The position numbers were made by a program, and so were the translations under genes. DNA of 64,000 nt from Chrysomallon squamiferum (taxonomy: Eukaryota; Animalia; Mollusca): NCBI GenBank assembly GCA_012295275.1, contig CM022679.1:27032001-27096000 (forward strand), in the 5' to 3' direction. Shown here piece after piece: positions 50,793 to 64,000 of this stretch. Positions within the stretch are counted from its first letter, which is position 1. Every line of letters begins with the position of its first letter. The notes under the pieces are model-generated. The model saw only the letters and a program-made list of their open reading frames with translations. It ran no database searches and had not been told where the DNA came from.

Positions 50793-53700
50793 CTGTCTCT
50801 CTGTGTGTATGTATGAATTAGGTACATGTGTTTCTTTCTTAAACAGGATTTTGATTTTCTGTCAAACAGTTTACCTGTAAATACTGTTCAAATATTTCTC
50901 TCTTGCCCTCAATGAATTCCTGGTTCTTTGTGCCAAATGATTTCTTCGTTGGTAACTGGCAATCAGTCATTTCACCTGTGAAGCATTATGAGAAACACTA
51001 GGTGTAAATTATACTTCAGTTTTACCTTTATGAAATAATTAAATGATACCCAATAAATAGATGAAATGCTATGAAATGTAAATTTAAATACACTTCCATT
51101 TTACCTATATGAAATAATTAAATTACACCCCATAAACAAATAAAATGCTATGAAATGTAAATTTAAATACATTTTAGTTTTGACTCTATGAAATAATTAA
51201 ATGCTACTATTAAGTAGATGAAATGTTATGAAATGTAAATATAATTATACGCGACATATGTAAATTATATAATGTAATACATACCATGAAATTCAGTAAG
51301 TTTTTGTTCTAGCACATAGAATTCTGTGTATCGTCTAAAAATAATTAAAAAAAAAAGTTATTTAATATATTGATAGCAAGACTTGAATGAAAACAAAATT
51401 AAAAAATAAATAAATAAAAACAAATAATAACCAAAAAATCAGTAGTTAATTATGATTCCTTTTCATATTTTAATTTGTTGTATTATTGCTCCTGTTTAAT
51501 CATAACTGATTTTCTTTTACATATAATAATAAAAACTGATTAAATCCAAATAAATTATAAGTCTATATTTTCCAAAAAGTAAAATGTATATTAGTAAAAT
51601 AAAAAAATAAATTAATTATAAATACCTTGCCACTGTCCAGTTTAATTTGTCTGTAACACCTACAAAAAAAAAAAAAAAAATAATAATAATAATAAATATA
51701 AAAAAAAATTAATAATAATAATAATAGTAATATATAAATACTTATAACAACAACCACAACAAAAAATACCCTTTCTAACATTAAATTAATGAGATCAACA
51801 TAATTAATTTTTACTTGTTTATGTCTGATACACCATCAAAGAAACTACCTTTTGTAATATTAAATTACTGACATCAGTATATTTAATTTTATGTATATGT
51901 GTCATGGACTTTTGATGGAATATCAGTTATAAGAAGTACTGGGGGACAGGCCTATTTCAGAATATACTTAAAGAGCAAAAGAATACTCCTTAAGACAATG
52001 GACCAATAATTGGAGAAACTAGAGCAAGATTTAAAATGAACTTAAACCATCAAAAACTAATACACATCAACTTGGTTAAGGTTAGTGTAATACTAATAAC
52101 AATATATTTCTAAGTAAAATAAATTTAAATATGATGAAGATGTTAAACAAAAAAAAAAAAATATATATATAAATAAAAAAAAAAAATAAATAAAAAAAAA
52201 AAAAAATAAAAAAAAATAAAATAAGAAACAAACACATAAATAAACAAATAAATAAATACAACATATAAATAAACAATTAAAACAAAAAAAAAAAAAAAAA
52301 AAAAAAAAAAATAAACAAATAAATAAAACAAACAAATAAACAATAAACAAATAAATAATAGAAAAATAAATAAATTAAATAAGAATAAAACCAAAACGAA
52401 ACAAACACAGCCTCATTACCGTCAGACATATCTGCTCTGCCAACCTCAATGATGAAGACAAAGAACTGACGTTTAGGGTTTTCTGGATCTGGGCGTGCCC
52501 CTATCATTGGGATGGTCACCCGCCAGGCACTCAGGTCATGAATGGGACTGCTGGGATCCCCATCAGAATCCTCCTCTTCCACACTGCTTACAGGCTGAAG
52601 ACAAAAAAAATAAAATATTTCACACCTTTTAACACATTACTATAAAAGTGAATATGAGGACTAGCGTTTAAAATAAAATGTTGTGCTTGCTTCTCTTTAA
52701 TACTCTTTAAATTACTGCCGTTTATATGTTACCTTTCAAAATATAAGACAAATAGAGTAACAGCAAGTGTCTAAGAACTATAATTTTTTCATGTTTTTTC
52801 ATAAAGACATTTCATTTTATTGTTAGAAAAGTTTGATCTTGAGAAATAAATATTTACTGTCAAATTTTATTCTTAGCAAAGGTTGGTAAGTAGAAAGAAA
52901 TGAAGCTATGACATAGAAATATATACAAAGCAGGCTTACGCATGTGTTTACAGAATATATTATATACTTTAAAACTGTCAAAATAAATAAAACTGTTTAT
53001 TTATAGTAACTTACAGTGAGAGAAGAAGGAAGGTCATCCTCAATCATTTCTAAACCTAGACCACTTTTGTCATCTGTGAAGGAAAAAATAAAAAATTATT
53101 CTGAAACCACATCCAAACTGATAGTTGTTAAAAAAAAATCTTTGAAAATCTTTAAAAATCTATAAAGAAAAAAAGAAAAGAAATAAAGAAGAAAAAAAAA
53201 TGTAAATAAATAAATAAAAACAAAGGAGAAGAAAAGAAAACTGAAATAAAAAAAAAATAAAATCCCAATATAATTCATAAACTTTCAAATCAAGACATTT
53301 TTTGACTTCTGTCAAAAAAGCATAATTTTATGTATCTAGGACTTTATTTAAACTGAAATGTTTAAATTCAGAAAAAGCATACTGATGAACAACATAAAAG
53401 TAGCAAAAGCTCTCTGGTATTATATATATATAAATATATATTAAAATGAATTAATAAATAAATAAAAAAACAAACAATGAATAAACAAGTAAATAAATAA
53501 ATTAAATGAAAGGAAGTTTATTGCTCACCTGTTGATTTGAAAACATCTCTTAATTTGTTTCCCAAGTTAGAAAATCCAAATTCTTTCTTTTTAGAAGGTC
53601 TAAAAGTGAAAAAAAGAGGAAATAACAAAGAAATCTAAATTCAAATAATCACAAATAACGGAGAAGAAAAAAATAAAATAAAATAAAATAAAAATGAATA

Positions 53701-56700
53701 CAAATATAAATAAATAAGCAAAAGAAAAAAAGAAAAGAAAAAGGACTGAAGAAAAATTAAAATACTTTTATTTTTCTTCCTCTGTATATTCATTTTACTA
53801 TGAAAACTTCATAGTAATAAGTATCAAATTTTATTTCATTTCACAAGTACACTATATTTTTAAGGTATGTTTTACTTTTAATTAATTCTCTTTTTTTTTC
53901 ATAATGTAACAAGTAAATATTTGGTATAGCTGCAATGGATTTCAGAACCAACAAATAGAAGAAATTAATAAAAGTAATTTAACAATGGAATCATTAACAA
54001 TTTCAAGAGCAAATAACTAGAGGTGTTAAATAGCATTATTAAAAGTGCGATCAGTTTTATTTATTTTAAACTTTTATTACTTGATTTTATTTTGTTTACT
54101 ACTTCTTCTACTACTACTACTACTACCATTACTACTGGTACTACTATGTTGTTGTTATTATTATTATTACTACTATTACTAGTGCTAGCATAATAATAAT
54201 AATAATAAAAATAATAATTTTATAAATTGAACAAATATGAAAATTTAATACACTGGAAAAAATATGGTAAAATTTAATGAAAAAATATAATGAAAAAACT
54301 TAATAATTTATATCAAAACAAATTTAAAAATACACATGTTGAGGAAGTTAATATAATGATGAAAACTTTTTAAAAATAATGGTAAAATAAAAGAAGAAAA
54401 TTAAGAATTAAAAGACGAAAGAATTAGCAATCTTAAAAAAAAAGAATTTAAGAAAAAAGAAAAACCAGAAAATCATATTACAAAAAAAAAATAAAATTAA
54501 AAATAATAATATAATACAAGCATACTTTTTAAAATTTAATTAATAAATTATTGGCATACGAGAAGCCATACTTTATTGTTTGCAAAGATTAGTGTGGACT
54601 TGCAAATGTTTAGCTGAGATAATGCCTGATAAAATCAAGTGCTAGTTATACTTAAGCAATTATTAAGTATTATATGTATTATGTGCATTAAGTGAAGTTA
54701 TTAGTTAGTTTTATCACTTGAATCTGGAACAAATTTTAAGTAAAAAATACATTAAAAAAAAACTTTTCTTTATATTTTAATTATTAGAATATATAAAACA
54801 TGTTTTATAAAATATGTCTGGAAGCTTTTAATTTTTATGATAAAATAAATATTAGTATTAACCTATTATTATGACTGATCACTCATATTATTCATAATTT
54901 TATACATGTAAAAATATATTCTTAAATATAATGTTATTAATATTGTATATGTTATTTCATATAGGTGTTAAAGTGTTAATTTTATGTAAATGTTAGGTTC
55001 AATTAATACTGTATTTGTAGTTTTAAATGTTGTTTTAATTAACACTTTATTTATAATTTGAAATATATATTACACATCTTAATAATGTATTTGTAAATAT
55101 TAAATATATTAGATTTATTAATACTGAATTATTATTTTCAATATAAAATGTGAATTTTGCTTATATATAATTAAAAAATATATATTGAAATGTTTATTAA
55201 TTTTATGTTATTTTTATTAATATAATACATTTATACAAATATAACTGCATACTTGTTGCCAATTTCTTTCTGATCTGTGAAGAAATTCCTGTGAAAATGT
55301 ACAAAATGTTTTTTCTTTTCTTTTAGCCATAGTATAACATGCAATATGACATATTATTATTCAATATTTTTCTAAATTATGTACAAACCAATACTGTGAC
55401 ATACTACAAATTTTAAATTATTATTACTGATTTATTTTGTGTGTGTGTTTCCTTGTTAAGTTAATAATATTTAAAATGATTAATTTAAATGTATAGAATG
55501 ATTTCTTATTAAATATTTAGTGCACTCAGAAATGGTATGAAGACATTTTTAAATTTTAAAACTGATTATAAAAATAAAAGGTTATGGGATTTGGGTATTT
55601 TGCTGTTTTTTTATTTCAAAAATATTTTGTGAAATTTGTACAAAAAAAAAAAAAAATTTAAAAAAAATATAAAAAAAACATTTGGATAACCCAAATAAAA
55701 CACAACTTCAGAATGAAAACACTTCACTGAAGTCAGAAAACCCAAAAGAAAACATTCAAAAAAAGACTGCAAAACACCATCAAAACAACAACATGATCAG
55801 TAACAACAACAACAACAACAACAATTAAATAAACTGACACAGCAGAGTGTTAATGATTAATGGGGAAACTTTAATTTCAGACTGTGACAAATTTACACAT
55901 TACACTAGCAACAGTTCAAATGAAATCAAAGCTTTCACTATCAAGATTTTCAGTTAAGATTAAAATTACTAAATCTATTTTTCAGGGTCAATACCATGAT
56001 TCAAATATTTACTGTTATTAAAACATATTTTTAATTTTGGACAATGATTGAATATTTATTGATCAATTAATAAATGTGTTATTTGTATAATGAAATTATC
56101 ACAATGAATGATTATATCCAGTAAAGGTAGATAAAGAATTTAGTAATATTAGAAATTCAATATTAATTGAATATATTCACACAAACATGGTTACAGACAA
56201 AAAGACACCTCAAACAATTTAAATTACATACATTAAGTAAAAGTCTTTGATGCTGTGAGGTACTTAACAATAAATACTCGAAATAACAATTAAAATATAT
56301 ATCTAACCTCCTCAATAAAATTAAAATTTAGTGCCCATTATTTTCAACCCACTTTAGTCACTTGCAATCACATATTTTTTTAATTATTAAAATTTAGAAA
56401 TTGTTATGAGAAAACAAGAAGAATGTAATAAAGATTTTGTCAGTGTTACTGCACAACATAAAACTGTAATTAACAAACTATGCTACACAAAGCATGCATG
56501 GTAGATACACATCATACCTCATTGTGGGAACAGATCTTGATGATACCACATGACTAAACAAAACATAAAAACAGTCAACAACAGGAATCATGTGACAGAA
56601 AGAATGATTCTGATTGGTAGCCTATTATTATAAAAAAACAACAATGCTTACTGAACACTTTAAAAAAAAAAGTACAGTTGTCAATGTAAATCAAATATGG

Positions 56701-57404
56701 AAATAAAAATGAAGAAAAATGAAGAAAAACAATTTAAGAATAAAAATATATTCTACAGTTGTTATTACTGCATATGAAAGAACTTAAATAGACTGAGGTT
56801 TGGAGGAGAGTGTTCAAATGGTGATTTAATCATTTTTTAAAAAAAGTATTAGGTTATTTTCTTAACAATTATACATTTATTTATGACAAGAATATGTCAT
56901 ACAAACACAGTATTTAAGTAACATTTTGTTTTTATTATTTTTGTTTTATAAATAACTATTTTCTGAAAAAGGATTTGATAATAAACTTTACAAAATTTCT
57001 TTAACATTTTTTAATGTTAACTATTTGATTAATTTTGCAATGTGAATTGGGTATCCAATCAATATCATCCATTTTTAAAAATAAATATATAAAATAAAAT
57101 AAATAAATAATTAATTATACCCAAACATCCAATGTTTCTTTTACTCATTACTTTTTAAAATGATGAAATACTAGTGTAAATGTTTTATTATAATCTTATT
57201 AATTTTCACAGCACAATTTTATACCAAAGAGCCAGATCAGTAACTGTTTACTTCAGTAAAATGATATCCCATAAAACATTTGTTGTCCAAATAATAAACA
57301 CATACAGAGATAAATGTTTGTAAAAAAGTAATACTTACTTTGAAGTCTGTCTTGCCAGCAGGCCAAGAGGACGGTCACCACAAACCATCTGATAATACTA
57401 AAAC

Positions 57405-57481
<77 letters not shown>

Positions 57482-57485
57482 GATG

Positions 57486-57516
<31 letters not shown>

Positions 57517-57527
57517 TGATGATAATG

Positions 57528-57559
<32 letters not shown>

Positions 57560-57581
57560 CAATAAATAAATGATAACAATA

Positions 57582-57618
<37 letters not shown>

Positions 57619-59179
57619 TAATAATAATAAATAATAATAACAACAATAACACAAACAATAATAAACAATAAACAATAACATAACACTAAACAGTAATAAC
57701 AATAATAACTAACAATAATAATAACAATACTAACAAAAATGATAACAGTAATAACAATAATAACTAACAATAATATTAACAATAACAACAATAGTAATAA
57801 CAAATGAAAAAAATAATAACAAGAACAATAACAAAAATCGTAATTTAAAAAAAAAAAAATTTAAAATATTTATATTTATAAACAATTTTTAACAAAATCA
57901 TGCATGAAAATAAAGAATTAATAATGAAGTCATATATGCATCATTGTAAACTGTTCAAGAAGTTTGAATTTGAATTCATGGACATGTACAGAATATCATC
58001 ATAAGAAAATCTGAACAGGTTTAAAAAATAAAAAAACGATTAAGAGAAAGATGTAATTAACTAGAGTTCATACTGTTTTAAGAAAACAAGAGCACAAAAC
58101 TCACTTACATCATCACTCTGATGAAACAGAGGCAGAAAGTTATTTTCCAGCAAGTCATAGGCATGTTCGTAAGCTCTGAAATCAAAATTAAAAACACCAG
58201 TAAGAATCTTTTTTTCTTTCTTTTTTTGAACACTGTATAATACTATAATTATTTTTATTTTTGCTTCTGGTTACTAAACTTAAAAAATTATATTTTATTC
58301 AGTTCAAACATTAAAAATAGTTCTGTATTAAAAATAGATTTAAAAATTTGGCTCGTTATTTCTTATATAACTTTTAATTATAATAATATGTATAAACTAT
58401 GTTAACAATGTGATGCTGATTTAAAAAAAAAAAAAAAAACAATAAACATCACTGACAATATTATGTCAGTGCTCTACATTTATATTTAAATTGATTTATT
58501 TCTCAAGTAACTTTTTATTACAATAATACATATAAAATATTAGTGATATGTGACAGTACATGTTTAAGTATGTGAAGTAGATATGTTTTTAAAAAATCAC
58601 TAAAAATGTTTTGTCAGTGTTTTCAATTACAACTGAAACACTAAATTTCATCCACTGTTTCTTATTCTACAGATTTAAGTTTTGATGTTAAATACTTATA
58701 GAAATGTATGAAAGTGTGTTTCCTATAAAACATGACAGTATTTGTTTAGAATAAAACGTACGACATACAAAACATATGACAATATTTGTTTAGTATAAAA
58801 TCATATGACAGTGATTAGTATAAAAAAATGACAGTTTTGTTTAGTATAAATCTTATTTGTTTAGTATAAAATGTATGACAATATTTGTTTAGTATAAATC
58901 ATATAACAGTGTTTGTAAAACAATAGTTTTTGTTTAGTATAAATCTTATGACAGTGTTTAGTATAAAATGTATGGCAGTATTTGTTTAGTATAAATCATA
59001 TGACAGTGTTTAGTATAAAATGTGTGACAGTATTTGTTCTTCAGGTTAAAGCTTACTTAAAAAGTGGTGTTGATGTTCTCAGTCGAATAATCTGATCTGG
59101 AGGAGACTCAATTACTGGAATTAAAACAAAACTGATGTAACTGTCTGCTTTCAGCAAATAAATAAATAAAATTTAAATA

Positions 59180-59210
<31 letters not shown>

Positions 59211-62200
59211 CTAAACTAAACTAATGTAAAGTAAAGTAAAGTAAAGTAAAGTAAAGTAAAGTAAAGTAAAGTAAAGTAAAGTAAAATAAAATAAAATAAA
59301 ATAAAATAAAATAAAATAAAATAAAATAAAATAAATTATATTAAATTAAAATATGAAAGAAAGATTTTAGATCATTAACATATATATATATGAAAAATAA
59401 GAGAAATAGATTTCTTTTTTTAATACAAAAATTAATTTGTATTAAAGCATAGTCAAGTAGATTTTTTTAATGTTTACTCTACTGATTTAAGTATGTAGAC
59501 AAAATAAAAATTTCACAGACACATATGCAAAGACAAAATGCACATGTGGACACACAAAACACAGATCACAAACAAATATACATTCATAAAGATATAACAC
59601 ATATATAAATAAACAAAATATATATGTAGATAAGCATATTGAGATAAAACACATACAAATACCATCATAAAAATGTACATGCATATACTTATATAGACAC
59701 TACTCGTGCAGACAAATATAAAAAATGCAACCACAAAGTGCACAGAAGACATTTCACACACACTAGAGACATACACCTGACAGACAGACAGAGAGAAAAA
59801 TGACATACTGTCTTTTAATTCAGCGACAATGTTTTCATCAAACTTGATGCGGTCGAGTGCAGTTTCAGCACAGTAGTTACGATAAAGATCTTTAGCCATG
59901 TTGTGAAGTTCAACAAACTCACTCTGTGAAACATTTGGACTCAGAATACGCTGGTTAAAATCATCTGTGAATTAAAACTTTCTCACTACATATCACAGAA
60001 ATTAAATGTAATTATATAATAAAGAAATATATTTATAATGTAATATAAATATTGTATAAATAATTGCTATTTTGATACAAAATAAAATATATGAATATGT
60101 AATCTCCTGTGGTTTGATCAGTTAAATTCAGAGATTTAAAACAATACTGATTACATGTACTTATTTAAGTTATTTTATATTTCAGTAGTATTTTTCATCT
60201 GCACAATTAATTTTTCCAAACCTAATTTTCAAACCAGTCATGCTTGCAATCAATGGACCATCGAAGAAATTTATTTTGTTTTTCATTAATTTTTTTTTTA
60301 TTTTTAAACAAAAAAAAATCATTAATATTCATATTAATTAAATAATTGCTTTATTTGTCTATTTTATGGCTATTTATATTTTGTTATATTGACAAATAAT
60401 ATTTATATAATTAACAAATGACATATATATTTAACAATCAGAGAAGAATCTTGCAGTGTAAAATGGTAAAACTTTCTCACCACATGCCAGACAGAACTGC
60501 AGAACATTAACTGCAGCTTCGCTCTTCAAAAACTGCATGAAAGGGTAGAGCAGTTCTGGTGAATTTTTATTAATCACGTCCTTTAGTTCCAGTCTCAGGC
60601 ACTGAAACACAGTAACAAATAATTTGTCTTGAAACAGTTTAATTATTTGATGTCCAATTAACTTTTTGTATATAAATATTGTGTGTGCTATTATATGAGC
60701 ATGTTTAAGTAAACTTGAACATATATATATATATTTGAAGGTATGTACACACATACAGATACACACAGTATTCAATTGTATAGTATTCTAGTGTGTTCCT
60801 GTTTATCATATAATTGTATATATATATATATATACTGCTTTGTAAATTTAATATATTTTGTTGTGTATGTATGTATGTTTGTATTGTATATTTATTACCA
60901 TATAAAACCGAATTATGGAAGTTTGAAATGACTTGTATCAAAATTTTAAAATTAAAAATTAAAAATTAAAATTTCACATCTCAAAATACATCAAAATATT
61001 TTAAATGACATTCTCAAAATCTATTCTATGAGTGCACACATATACATAAGTATCAAATTCTTCTCAGTTTCAAAAGATCAATTAAACATACAAAACAAGA
61101 CAAAACAAACTGTAAAATATCTAAGAAATGGAATTGCCAAATCACAGGCTATATGTGATTCTTTAACATTTAATGTGTGACTTTGGAAACATGTCTGCAG
61201 ACCCCTTTTTAACATCACAGTTAATATAACTGATGTCTGGTGGTTATTAAAATATCTGGAGTGTACTGTATGGTATCTCTTAGGATAAGCAAGCTTGGCT
61301 GACTAACAGATTTGTTGTGACTGAGAGGCTGACTGAAATGGCCCAAGAAAGGCACCATAGGAGACTGTGGCTCTGTGGCTTCTGGTGGCTGTAAAGAAAC
61401 ACAGTAAGTAGACATACAGTTTAACAACAAGTTAATGTATGTCTTGATGTCTCTGATACACACACACACAGACTGAGTTATACAGAAAGATATATATATG
61501 TAAATATGCTCATACACCCATATATTGTGCTAAAGTGATAAATATTTACTGTTACAAACCTTAAAAGATTAATACAAGTAATTTATCAATGAATATTCAA
61601 TACTAATGTTATATCTATTCACATGTAACCATATATGTTTAAAAAAATAAAAAAATAAATGTTCAGTCATTATTAAAACAATTTTAATATCAACTTCATT
61701 GTGAAGTATCCAATTATATTCCAATTATTGAAAATAAATAAATGAATGAAAAATATAAAAAATAAATATATATAAAAATAAAAATAAAAAACATACTTAC
61801 TGGTGTGTTATCCAGAAATATAAGAATTAAATTGTTTATCATGTCCTGAAAAAAATGTACATAAAAATTCATAATTATAGTGTGGTCACTTCTTAGACAA
61901 TGATAGGAGATTGCAACTGTGTGACATGAAATAATCACATTTCTCTGAAGGCTTGATAAACAATGATTACATAATTCTTGTAATTACTATGTGCAGCTAG
62001 CTCGACAAGACTATTATTAGTTTGTGTGTTCATAGCCAAGTTAATTCAGTCATTTAGATTTGGTGTCAAAAGTAAGAGTATCGATAAATACATGTACTCA
62101 CAGGATTTGCCACTGCATCCATTAAAGGTAGAAGTACTGATCCAGACAGAATCTCTCTCAACAGAGAACATGAACTTCTGTAGAAATGGAAAATAAAATG

Positions 62201-63514
62201 TTTTTATGGTGATTAGGGTTTACTTAGTAGTAAGTAAAGACGCAAACAGGATACTAATTCAGAGTGTAAACTAAAGCAGTTTAAATTAAAAGGATTTTAA
62301 CAGTGTAAATATACAGGATACCAATTTAAACTTGCTGGATACACATTTGGACTGAAGTAAAAACAAACTCAATATATAACAATAAATAAATAATAATAAA
62401 TAATAAATTATAACAATAAGAGTAACAATAACAATAACAATAATATATCCATTTATATAATGTCCCATTTGGTGCTACTGGAAAATATATATATATATCC
62501 TTTTTAAGGAACCATCTCACTATGATCATAACAGTCTGTAAAGAAATGCATTAGATGAAGCTGGAAAAGTTCATTAATCACAGACTACTCAGACAGACAG
62601 ATATATTCACAGGTGGCTTCAATAAATAATGCTTGAAAGTTAAAGTAAGTTAAAATATGTTAATTTTTTTTTTAAATGTAAGAAGTTTGATGCTTCCAAC
62701 ACATCATTTGGTAAGGTCATGGGAAGACATCTTGAAATACAACAGAAGACAAAAAGTTACAAACTTGGAGTGCAGAGCTTGAGGTCTGAGCAGATATGGA
62801 AACAGTTGCTCAACAGTTCGACGTAGATATTCCAACTCAGCTTTACGACTCCACATGGCACAGTGGACGTTGGGGCCGAGGTAGTCTAACACTGTCTGCT
62901 GTATATCTGATCCTGCTGGGGCTGTTAGAAATATTTATAATTAAGGTGTTGAGAAAAGATGAAGAGGCCACATTTTTAACAATCTCAAGAAATATGGCGT
63001 TATGGATATATTTTATATCTATTAACAATACAATAGTGTTTTTTTGTGTTTCTTTTACATAGTTCACCAGTAGTTAAAATAAAATACTATTTATGTTTTG
63101 TTATTTAAAGGACATTAATGCACATATCTTTTATACACCAGTATGAATCAGGAAAGGGAAATAAAAATTTAATAAAACACTCAAAAACAGATCAGCTAGA
63201 AAACTACTCTAATCATAAGTATGAGCGTGTAAAAAAAAAACTACAAGTACCTGAGTATTTGAACATGTGTAAACAAATGATAAATATTACAGACTTTTAA
63301 TATTATTATTAGGTTTTTTGATTGTTTTTTTTAATGTTTAACTTAGAACAAAAACCTTTTTTTCTTGCCCAGATACAACAGTCAAGATGCTGGATTGCAG
63401 CTTTAACAATCTTCTGAGTGATCAGGCTGGGAATATCCAGCTGAAATTTTTTTTTAAAATTAAAAAATAAATTGAAAAATATTTATTAAAATAAAATAAA
63501 ACATATAAACCCAA

Positions 63515-63545
<31 letters not shown>

Positions 63546-63865
63546 AATAATGCAGAATTTAAAAAGAAATAATTATTAATAAATAGAAAAACAGGTTTAA
63601 AAAATTATTTTAAAATTAATGTGCCTTTGTAATATTTTTTTCTGATATTATTTCCTAGTGGGATTTGAAATTCAACCTAGTTCAGGACCATGACAAATCG
63701 TAGGAAACAACTCTACTTTCATGGTGTTATTGGCAATGAAGTCATCACCATCATCATCATCGTCGTCATTTTATTACCTTTTTAGCTCTTCTGAGGAAAA
63801 CAGCAGCCAAAAATCTGAAGTTTGTTCTCAGCTCATCCACAAACTCTTCATCAGTGCTCAAATCT
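45202..63865 (-). CDS. SNX14: Sorting nexin-14 (PXA-RGS-PX-PXC); 5' end lies beyond the right edge of the window
   Basis: Exons (- strand): 63865-63778, 63440-63356, 62921-62765, 62177-62102, 61845-61801, 61388-61308, 60601-60481, 59964-59809, 59114-59057, 58175-58109, 57397-57339, [56553-56518], [55288-55253], 53599-53529, 53073-53015, 52594-52420, 51659-51626, 51334-51285, 50975-50875, 50147-50045, 49692-49652, 49370-49300, 49019-48965, 48602-48482, 47934-47770, 47090-47060, 46786-46722, 46458-46367, 45282-45202. Phases are consistent. Motifs: PXA DEEFVDELRTNFRF, RGS FMQFLKSEAAVNVLQFCL, PX WTVARRYTEFYVLEQKLTEFHG, KEKGQHLDPFLQAF, PXC end [26 protein letters not shown]. Confidence 0.95.
47310..47715. 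repeat. Degenerate ~100-bp tandem repeat (about 4 copies) in an SNX14 intron
   Basis: Recurrent 'ggtcaagtcaca...gctaattaa.caa.gtatatctgtaatgg.ccc...gggtgag.acaga.ttttt.acactgg'. Confidence 0.7.
51000..51250. repeat. ~80-bp tandem repeat (3 copies) in an SNX14 intron
   Basis: Recurrent 'tatgaaataattaaat...atgaaatgctatgaaatgtaaatttaaatac'. Confidence 0.8.
55253..55288 (-). CDS. SNX14: Candidate 36-nt cassette exon of SNX14 (NFFTDQKEIGN)
   Basis: cattttcacag|...|gtatgc; phase 2-2; open frame. Confidence 0.55.
56518..56553 (-). CDS. SNX14: Candidate 36-nt cassette exon of SNX14 (HVVSSRSVPTM)
   Basis: ttttgtttag|...|gtatga; phase 2-2; open frame; a TGCATG motif lies about 20 nt into the downstream intron. 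Confidence 0.6.
58725..59038. repeat. ~28-bp minisatellite starting about 20 nt from an SNX14 donor
   Basis: Unit TTTGTTTAGTATAAAATGTATGACAGTA. Confidence 0.85.
59180..59350. repeat. Compound pentanucleotide microsatellite (TAAAC)n(TAAAG)n(TAAAA)n
   Basis: Directly visible consecutive blocks. Confidence 0.95.
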
Positions 63866-64000
63866 CTGAATACATTTAAAAAAAATAATAATAAATAAAT
63901 AAAATTATACACAAAATTGTTTATATTTAATAAAGGAAAATATTACAAATCAGTGCTTGAATAATATCTTTGTCTAAATATTTAAGCTGAGTGTGCTGTA

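Noticed and set aside
63653-63720. B-box-like motif suggesting a tRNA or SINE
   Set aside because: Too degenerate; no cloverleaf or A box could be built.

Overview
Very AT-rich, microsatellite-laden eukaryotic genomic DNA with spliceosomal GT-AG introns. It looks like an invertebrate, possibly a mollusc; this is inferred from sequence style only. Nearly all ORF-track entries are microsatellite artefacts. Splicing by hand gives three genes. (1) The last three coding exons of a + strand gene whose tail resembles CDKL2/3 kinases (2926-4977). (2) A complete 10-coding-exon SH2D4A/B orthologue on the - strand (25448-17897, 448 aa). (3) The 3' portion of SNX14 on the - strand (63865-45202), with two candidate 36-nt cassette exons. 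Between SH2D4 and SNX14 are a CpG-rich promoter-like island with a CTCF-like site (~39.3-39.85 kb) and an unexplained island with splice signals (40.4-42.6 kb). The most striking feature is that tandem minisatellites repeatedly start at, or contain, splice junctions. The clearest case is a 49-bp unit that reiterates an exon 3' end plus its donor 23 times. Also notable: an 80-bp higher-order repeat carrying RFX X-box and forkhead motifs upstream of SH2D4, a candidate orphan C/D snoRNA, and a 68-nt near-perfect hairpin.
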